A DNA stretch of 64,000 nucleotides from Spirochaetia bacterium. GTDB taxonomy: Bacteria > Spirochaetota > Spirochaetia > UBA9216. The stretch covers positions 32,001-96,000 of the forward strand of contig OZ223267.1 of NCBI GenBank assembly GCA_965140585.1, written 5' to 3'. Position numbers and translations under genes: made by a program. Below are positions 57,981-64,000 of the stretch, in pieces. Under the pieces are notes generated by a model that ran no database searches, was not told the DNA's origin, and saw only the letters and a program-made list of their open reading frames with translations. Position 1 is the stretch's first letter. The number at the start of each line of letters is the position of its first letter.

Positions 57981-58838
57981 ATGAAATATAACGGAAGAAT
58001 CATAGATTTTCATACTCATATTCAGCCTGCGGCTGTTATTTTGGACAGGACTCCCTATGTCGGGACTGAGCCGGATTTCAGCCTCCTGTATTCTGATCCG
58101 GCGACAAAGTTGTCAGGACCTGAAGATAATCTGGTCATGATGGATAAGTACGGAATTAGTTCTTCGGTTATTCTGGGGTTTGCCTGGAGGAATGAGCATA
58201 CCCTGCAGCTGCATAATGATGCAATTATTGAAGCTGTAAAAAAATATCCCGGGCGGTTTCACGGACTATGCTGTGTCTATCCCTTCAGTGCTTATACAGC
58301 ATCTGAAGCTGTACGCTGCCTTGCGGCCGGTGCTGCCGGGATAGGTGAAATCGGATTGTACGACAGGGATCTTGATAGGGAATATATTGAGGCCATGGCG
58401 CCGGTGATGAAGGTCTGCCGTGATTTCGACCGCCCTGTGATGATGCATGTGAATGAGCCTGTCGGTCACATTTATGACGGTAAGGCTCCTATGTCTATAA
58501 AGGGCATCTATGAGTTTGTTCGTGAATATCCTGATAACCGGATCGTTTTGGCTCACTGGGGCGGGGGCCTTTTCTTTTTTAATTCACTTAAAAAAGAGGT
58601 AGGTGATGTACTTAAAAACGTCTGGTATGACAGCGCAGCATCGCCATATCTTTTCAAACCCTCAGTCTGGAAACTTGCTGCAGAAACAGTCGGTATTGAG
58701 AAAATTCTATTCGGTACAGATTTCCCTCTGCTCACAGCAAAACGCTTCTTCGAAGAACTTGAGACCTGCGGTTTCAGTAACGAAGAGCTTGAGATGATAC
58801 TTTTCCGGAATGCTCTGAAGCTGCTTACTGCGCAGTAA
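57981..58838 (+). CDS. Amidohydrolase_2-family metallohydrolase
   Basis: IIDFHTH, GIGEI, MMHVNE, LAHWGGG, YDSAA, ILFGTDFP. Confidence 0.88.
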   Translation: MKYNGRIIDFHTHIQPAAVILDRTPYVGTEPDFSLLYSDPATKLSGPEDNLVMMDKYGISSSVILGFAWRNEHTLQLHNDAIIEAVKKYPGRFHGLCCVYPFSAYTASEAVRCLAAGAAGIGEIGLYDRDLDREYIEAMAPVMKVCRDFDRPVMMHVNEPVGHIYDGKAPMSIKGIYEFVREYPDNRIVLAHWGGGLFFFNSLKKEVGDVLKNVWYDSAASPYLFKPSVWKLAAETVGIEKILFGTDFPLLTAKRFFEELETCGFSNEELEMILFRNALKLLTAQ

Positions 58839-60936
58839 CTACCTTTGCATCCAGCACCAGCCATCCCTGCTTTGTCCAAACTATAGGGTTGATATCAATA
58901 TGGCCTCCGTCTTCGGCTACAACCGAAGCCAGAACAGACATTCTGCTGATTATAGAAGACAGCGCTGATTTATCCATTTCACTTCCGCGGTATCCGGAAA
59001 GGACCGGGGCTATTTCTAGTTCGTCAAGCATGCTTTCTGCTGTCAGTTTTCCGCAGGGAGCCAGCCTGAATGAAGTATCGCGGTAAAGTTCGGTCAGTAT
59101 ACCGCCTGCACCCGCCATAACTGCCGGTCCGAAGGTTGCATCATTGAGTGAACCAAGAATCACTTCCGGTGCCGTGTATTTGACCATCGGGGTCACAAGA
59201 AAGTTTTCGCCTGGGAATTTTTTCCGCATTTCATCAATTACTGATTCTATCTCGGGCTGCAGTACGTTTAATACAACTCCGCCGGCATCTGTTTTGTGTA
59301 TTACTTCAGCGGAGCAGAGTTTTACCGCTGCCGGAAAGGATGATACTGGAATTGATTCAACCGGAGTATCAGGCTGTAAAAGGAAATCCGCTGGAACAGG
59401 AAGCCCTGCTTTTTTAAGAAGCTGTTTTGCCTCAAACTCATCAGCTTTTCCGGGGATTCTTAGCGAGTTTTTCCAGCCGCTAAATACAGCTTTTATCTCA
59501 TTTTCGGAAAGGCATCCGTCATCAATGCAGTCATCGCTGCAGTCTTTTATCTGTTTTAGAATATTACCTCTTTCAACAAGAAATCTTGCAGCCCTTACAA
59601 CTCTGCTTATTGAGGAGAATCCGGCTACGCCGTGCCTGTAGAAATCAAGGAGGTTCTTTTCGGTATATGGGCCGAATTCGCTGAAAACAAGAATTGGTTT
59701 ACTTGCCTTTCTGACTACTTCAGCTATCATTTCAATAAGTTCATCGGTTATAGAGGGAGGCGAGAATAGGGCAATGCAGATTATTATGTCTACCCCTTTG
59801 TCATCGAGCAGGGCGTTAAGAGTTTCGACATACATCCTGTTATCAGCGCTGGCGGTAAAGTCTATCGGGTTCGTGCATGAAGCGAACGGGAAGGTTTTCT
59901 TCTTGATACGTTCGACGGTTTCCGGCGCCAGCTTTGCCATCTTAAGATCCGCCCTGGTTCCTGCGGTGTCTACATAGTCTGTACACATTACTCCGAAGCC
60001 TCCGGCGGAAGTGACAACAGCTATACGGTTGCCTTCAGCATGGTTCAGCATTGAAAGAACCTTCGAGCTGTCGCAGAGTTCTTCATCATCCATTGCCCGC
60101 TGGATTCCATACTGTTTAAGGGCTCCGTTGATTACGCTGTCAGAACCCGCAAGCCGTCCTGTATGGGACCCGGCCGCTGCTGCTCCGGCTGCAGTTCTTC
60201 CGGCCTTCAGCACAACCACCGGTTTATCCATGGTAATATCTTCTGCCGTATCAAGGAAATTCCGGCCGCCTTCGATGCTTTCAAGATATAGTGCAATACA
60301 GTTTGTTTCAGGATCTTCGGCAAACCACGGCATAAAATCCATTTCACTGAGATCTGTCTTGTTTCCCGTACCTATAAAGGCCTTCATTCCGTAACCTGTA
60401 TTGCTTGCAAGCCCCAGGGATTCAACTCCTACAGAACCGCTTTGTGAAATAAAAGCTATACTGCCTCCGGCTGCCAGGGCCTTATCGCCGTGTTCTACAA
60501 AGATTGTATCCAAATCCATATCAGGTATAAATATGCCAAGCGAGTTTGGGCCGAGTATTCTTGTGTTATACTTTTCCGCTATCTGCTTGAGTCTGAGTTC
60601 GTGCTGTTTCCCATCAGAGCCTGTTTCACCGAATCCTCCTGCAACAATTATTACGAATGCAGTTCCCTTTTTGGCACACTGCTCAGCTGATTCTACAGCA
60701 AGGGCCGCCGCCACTGTGACTACAGCTATATCGGGGCTGCAGGGCAGATCTGCCACAGAATTATATGTCGGTATATGAAAAATGGTTTCGTATTTCGGGT
60801 TTACCGGATAGAGCCGGGCGCTGCTTCTAAGCAGATTCTTCATTATTATCGCACCAGCCTTGCCCTCGGCTTCGGATGCACCTATTACGGCTATACATTT
60901 TGGGTTAACCAGTCTGCTGATATCGAGTTTATTCAT
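58825..60936 (-). CDS. ADP-forming acetate/acyl-CoA ligase (fused alpha-beta)
   Basis: IAVIGAS, YPVNP, ILGPNSLG, SQSG, SHTG (alpha His), NPID, IHKTDAGGV (beta His), DINP; no GNAT domain. Confidence 0.92.
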   Translation of the reverse strand: MNKLDISRLVNPKCIAVIGASEAEGKAGAIIMKNLLRSSARLYPVNPKYETIFHIPTYNSVADLPCSPDIAVVTVAAALAVESAEQCAKKGTAFVIIVAGGFGETGSDGKQHELRLKQIAEKYNTRILGPNSLGIFIPDMDLDTIFVEHGDKALAAGGSIAFISQSGSVGVESLGLASNTGYGMKAFIGTGNKTDLSEMDFMPWFAEDPETNCIALYLESIEGGRNFLDTAEDITMDKPVVVLKAGRTAAGAAAAGSHTGRLAGSDSVINGALKQYGIQRAMDDEELCDSSKVLSMLNHAEGNRIAVVTSAGGFGVMCTDYVDTAGTRADLKMAKLAPETVERIKKKTFPFASCTNPIDFTASADNRMYVETLNALLDDKGVDIIICIALFSPPSITDELIEMIAEVVRKASKPILVFSEFGPYTEKNLLDFYRHGVAGFSSISRVVRAARFLVERGNILKQIKDCSDDCIDDGCLSENEIKAVFSGWKNSLRIPGKADEFEAKQLLKKAGLPVPADFLLQPDTPVESIPVSSFPAAVKLCSAEVIHKTDAGGVVLNVLQPEIESVIDEMRKKFPGENFLVTPMVKYTAPEVILGSLNDATFGPAVMAGAGGILTELYRDTSFRLAPCGKLTAESMLDELEIAPVLSGYRGSEMDKSALSSIISRMSVLASVVAEDGGHIDINPIVWTKQGWLVLDAKVVTAQ

Positions 60937-60942
60937 ACTATA

Positions 60943-60971
60943 AAAATAAGCTATAGAAATTGTACGGTCAA
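60943..60971 (-). promoter_or_regulatory. sigma70-like promoter, leaderless position
   Basis: TTGACC-N17-TATTTT-N6-ATG (60936); no SD. Confidence 0.55.
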
Positions 60972-61096
60972 CAGGCAGAATGGGAATAAAAAAGTACTTA
61001 TTAATTAGCTAATGAGGATCTAATTTTCTAAAATATAACTATGGCAGTTTAAAGCTATTGCCGAAAAAATAAGAACTAATATTAGAGGAGAGATAA

Positions 61097-62020
61097 ATGA
61101 AAATGACATTGAGAGTTCTTGGAGCTTTCATGGTACTTCTGATGTTTACTGCATGTCCCAATGGAACTACCACGGATGATGAGAATGAAACCGGTTCGGG
61201 TGATGAGACTGAGACAGTTGCTGATACTGATACCATTGTTGATATCGCAGCAATCAGCGGTCTTACCATTCCTGTACTAGGTGAAACACCTGTCTCATCT
61301 ATAGCTGATACTGCAGAATATACCGGAACCGTAACCTGGGACGGCGGATGGGATTGGTCTTCTTATTTTGGCGGTGAAAAGGCATATACTGCAACAATCA
61401 CACTTACAGCAAAATCAGGATATACTTTTACTGGTGTTGTAGCAGATTTCTTCACCGTAGCGGGAGCTTCAACTGTATCAAATGCTGCCGGTTCTGGAGT
61501 TATTACTGCTGTATTTCCAGCTACTGCAACCCTTGCTCTTGGTGATTCGTCCTGCGGAGGATATGTAGCTTATATTCTTCAGTCTGGTGATACCGGATAT
61601 GTTGCAGGCGAACAGCGTGGTTTGATTGCATCATCGGCAGATATGAGTTCAGGTATTATCTGGGCAACTGCGTCTTACCAGACGACATCAGTAACAGAAA
61701 CCTTGACTGCTTTTGGTACAGGATCAGTAAATACTGATCTTATCATAGCCCAGAACGGAGCTGGAACCACCTATGCAGCAGGCCTGGCCCGTTCATGTAC
61801 GGATGGAGGCTATTCCGACTGGTTTCTTCCATCATGGGAGGAGGTATATCAACTTTATTTAAATAAAGCGTTTATAGGCAGCTTTGCAGGTGAACTCTAC
61901 TGGAGTTCGTCAGAGGTAAGCGCTACCTCAGTTGCTACTTTAAATTCTGGCAACGGTAACCAGCATAATCAAGCAAAGAGCGAAAACACCTGGGATGTTC
62001 GACCGGTAAGGTATTTTTAA
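61097..62020 (+). CDS. Lipoprotein with Ig-like domain and C-terminal DUF1566 (C-type-lectin-like) domain
   Basis: FTAC lipobox; 'YTATITLTAKSGYTF' Ig-like; GYSDWFLPSWEEV, YWSSSE, VRPVRYF terminus. Confidence 0.85.
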   Translation: MKMTLRVLGAFMVLLMFTACPNGTTTDDENETGSGDETETVADTDTIVDIAAISGLTIPVLGETPVSSIADTAEYTGTVTWDGGWDWSSYFGGEKAYTATITLTAKSGYTFTGVVADFFTVAGASTVSNAAGSGVITAVFPATATLALGDSSCGGYVAYILQSGDTGYVAGEQRGLIASSADMSSGIIWATASYQTTSVTETLTAFGTGSVNTDLIIAQNGAGTTYAAGLARSCTDGGYSDWFLPSWEEVYQLYLNKAFIGSFAGELYWSSSEVSATSVATLNSGNGNQHNQAKSENTWDVRPVRYF

Positions 62021-62052
62021 CATACACGAATATCCGGAAAGTCTTGCCATGT

Positions 62053-62111
62053 AAAAGGCCGCCGTTTGATTGTTTATATAGCATAAGCAACAGTTAATTC
62101 GGCGGCTTTTT
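62053..62111 (+). terminator. Long hairpin/terminator after the DUF1566 gene
   Basis: AAAAG-GCCGCCG (62058-64)...CGGCGGC (62100-06)-TTTTT, with an inner imperfect stem ttgattgtt/aacagttaa. Confidence 0.65.
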
Positions 62112-62205
62112 GTATTTAAACTTTCTTTTTTTCTTGTATGTATCGTTGTAAGTATATATAAAAATATATTTTATAATACTGAAGTTTAATGAAACAGGAG
62201 AGACC

Positions 62206-62760
62206 ATGCCTATAAGCGAACCAAGATATTTTTCACCTTTCCAGTTTAACAGGATTCTTTTTGATATGGCTTATATGGCTGTTAAGCATAAAAAGCAACT
62301 GAAGCTTATTTCAAAGAAATTCCGTTCGGATATTATGCTGGCTGTTACCTGGGTGAACGGCTGCAGAGTCTGCTCCTATTATCATACACAGGTATTGCTG
62401 AAAGAAGGGATAAGCTCAGATGAACTTAAACTGCTTCTTGAAGGTACCTTCGGTGATTTTGATAGTGAAGAGACAACTGCTCTTCTTTTTGCCCAGTATT
62501 ACGCGGATACCGGGGGGACCTATGAGGCAGAGGCTTTTGAGCAGTTGAAAAAGCAGTACGGGGAAGAAAAAGCAATAGGGATTCTTGCAACTGTGAAGAT
62601 GATTATGTTTGGAAATGTGAATGGTATTGCGCTTGGAAACCTCTGGGACAGGATGAGGTTCAGGAAGGTGAAGCATGGCAGTTTTTTTACGGATTTGTAC
62701 AATGCCTTTTCGCCTGTGGTGCTGCTGCCGGTATTTTTAGTGATAAGCGTGTTTCGCTAA
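62206..62760 (+). CDS. Carboxymuconolactone decarboxylase/AhpD-family protein
   Basis: IMLAVTWVNGCRVCSYYH (CxxC..H), ALLFAQYYA. Confidence 0.85.
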   Translation: MPISEPRYFSPFQFNRILFDMAYMAVKHKKQLKLISKKFRSDIMLAVTWVNGCRVCSYYHTQVLLKEGISSDELKLLLEGTFGDFDSEETTALLFAQYYADTGGTYEAEAFEQLKKQYGEEKAIGILATVKMIMFGNVNGIALGNLWDRMRFRKVKHGSFFTDLYNAFSPVVLLPVFLVISVFR

Positions 62761-63453
62761 TTTAAACAGCAGGCGCCTGCCGTCTTTGCCGGCGTCCTCA
62801 ATCAGCCCGGTTTTTCGAAGAAGCCAGGTTATCTGTCCCGCCAGCTTTAATTTGCCTTTTGTACCTGTTCCGGTTGACGGTAGCTTATCCGCTACTTCAC
62901 GGTTGCTGAATGTCGGAGGCAGTTCCATAGGGAGAAGCTTAAGATAGTCTGTAGGGCTGTTAAAAGTAATTGTTTCAATAATCTCATCAAGCTGTCGATC
63001 TTCTATTGATACACCGTGTCTTCTCCATGCTCCCTTTCCATCATCAAGGCGAATTTCCTCCTGTCTGATTAAAACGGTTTCTATTGTAAGTTTAGGCTCT
63101 GATAAAAGATCGGCTATGTATAAAAGCTCTGATGCGCAGGAGTATACGGAGCCGCGTTTTGGAGAACGCCGCTGTGATTTAAGCAGCCCGTTTTCGCTGT
63201 ACACACTGATAAGTGTTTCCGCCGCCACAGGATATACCAGGCGGATACTGTGGTCCGGGAGCAGTGAGCGGAGCTTTTTTTTCATGCCGGAAAAGTTCCC
63301 GGTCTGTATTTCGATAAGCCCTTCAGGATTTACTATATCAATAATATAACCATCAACCTTTTCTTCAACCAGCGAGTCCTCAGACGAATAATGTTCTTTA
63401 AGCTGTCTGTGCAGGCTTCTTTCATTGAGTCCGCCGATTATAGGGCCACTCAT
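62737..63453 (-). CDS. Hypothetical protein with PD-(D/E)XK-nuclease-like N-terminus and winged-helix-like C-terminus
   Basis: 'ERSLHRQLKEHY...EEKVDGYIIDIV....LIEIQT' resembles CoiA-like restriction-endonuclease folds. Confidence 0.6.
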   Translation of the reverse strand: MSGPIIGGLNERSLHRQLKEHYSSEDSLVEEKVDGYIIDIVNPEGLIEIQTGNFSGMKKKLRSLLPDHSIRLVYPVAAETLISVYSENGLLKSQRRSPKRGSVYSCASELLYIADLLSEPKLTIETVLIRQEEIRLDDGKGAWRRHGVSIEDRQLDEIIETITFNSPTDYLKLLPMELPPTFSNREVADKLPSTGTGTKGKLKLAGQITWLLRKTGLIEDAGKDGRRLLFKLAKHAYH

Positions 63454-64000
63454 TTTTTGTTGTTCCTTCGTTCAAAAATAAACTCACCATACTCAGCACA
63501 AATCGAGAATCCGGTTTTTCTGTAACAGGCTATGGCAGCCTGATTATTCTGCTTTACATTAAGTCCTATATGGATATTCTGATTTAACAGTGCTCTGCAT
63601 AAAGCAGCTGTTACTGATGCCCCGTATCCACGACCGCGGTACTCCGGCAGGGTTGTAATATTTCCAAGTGCGGCTGCCCTGTATTCGGGAGAGTAGACGT
63701 GGGTGCCGGCGGTGCAGAGGAGTTTTTTACTACGGTCATTGTCCTTATAAATGCCGTAATAAAGATTAAGTCCAAGCATTTCTGGTTCAAACCAGTTGCC
63801 CGGATAGCTGTTTTCATAGAGTTCAAGCAGTGCCGGTATATCTGATACACTAAGCTGCAGGGGCTGTTCTGTTCCATTTACATCAGCAGGTATTCGACCG
63901 GGCATGTCAGTATCGGAAAGCGCCATTTTATAGTGCATGTGATCTGATATAATTGTGTAATAATCGATAAACAGTTTTTCAAGCCCCGGACTCAGATGGG
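63450..64000 (-). CDS. GNAT acetyltransferase (FR47-like), 5' end outside window
   Basis: LGNITTLPEYRGRGYG, NQAAIACYRKTGF; frame open to the window end. Confidence 0.88.
   Translation of the reverse strand, partial: HLSPGLEKLFIDYYTIISDHMHYKMALSDTDMPGRIPADVNGTEQPLQLSVSDIPALLELYENSYPGNWFEPEMLGLNLYYGIYKDNDRSKKLLCTAGTHVYSPEYRAAALGNITTLPEYRGRGYGASVTAALCRALLNQNIHIGLNVKQNNQAAIACYRKTGFSICAEYGEFIFERRNNKK

Noticed and set aside
61021-62200. Complete DGR cassette
   Set aside because: No reverse transcriptase, avd or template repeat in the window; only a target-like gene.

Overview
Chromosomal window from a free-living-type spirochete (Spirochaetota). The taxon is inferred from gene order: rpsF-ssb-rpsR-DUF2232-rplI-dnaB, maf-rpsB-tsf-frr-uppS-cdsA-dxr-rseP-CpXC-WD40 without pyrH, an aroD-aroE fusion, XPB, and many lipoproteins. 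I saw no rRNA, tRNA, CRISPR array, transposase, integrase or reverse transcriptase. The main candidate for an undescribed system is two paralogous proteins (2166-4196 and 24463-26652) built as signal peptide / outer-membrane beta-barrel / Ig-like / transglutaminase-like (GDCDD, Cys-His-Glu) / TPR. Each lies beside large Ig-repeat or beta-propeller lipoprotein genes, and both share a short RA-x-[VI]x[WF] motif with a neighbouring TPR protein. Other notable items: a soluble fusion of MotA cytoplasmic segments with a FliG torque domain; a dead type I dehydroquinase domain fused to an intact shikimate dehydrogenase; a T10 tract that frameshifts the mltD signal peptide; a tandem twin-hairpin in the rpsB leader; a split long-form RluA whose N-terminal half looks deaminase-like; a DUF1566 lipoprotein resembling DGR targets; and several sigma70 promoters positioned for leaderless mRNAs. 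All family assignments are by-eye motif recognition, not database searches.
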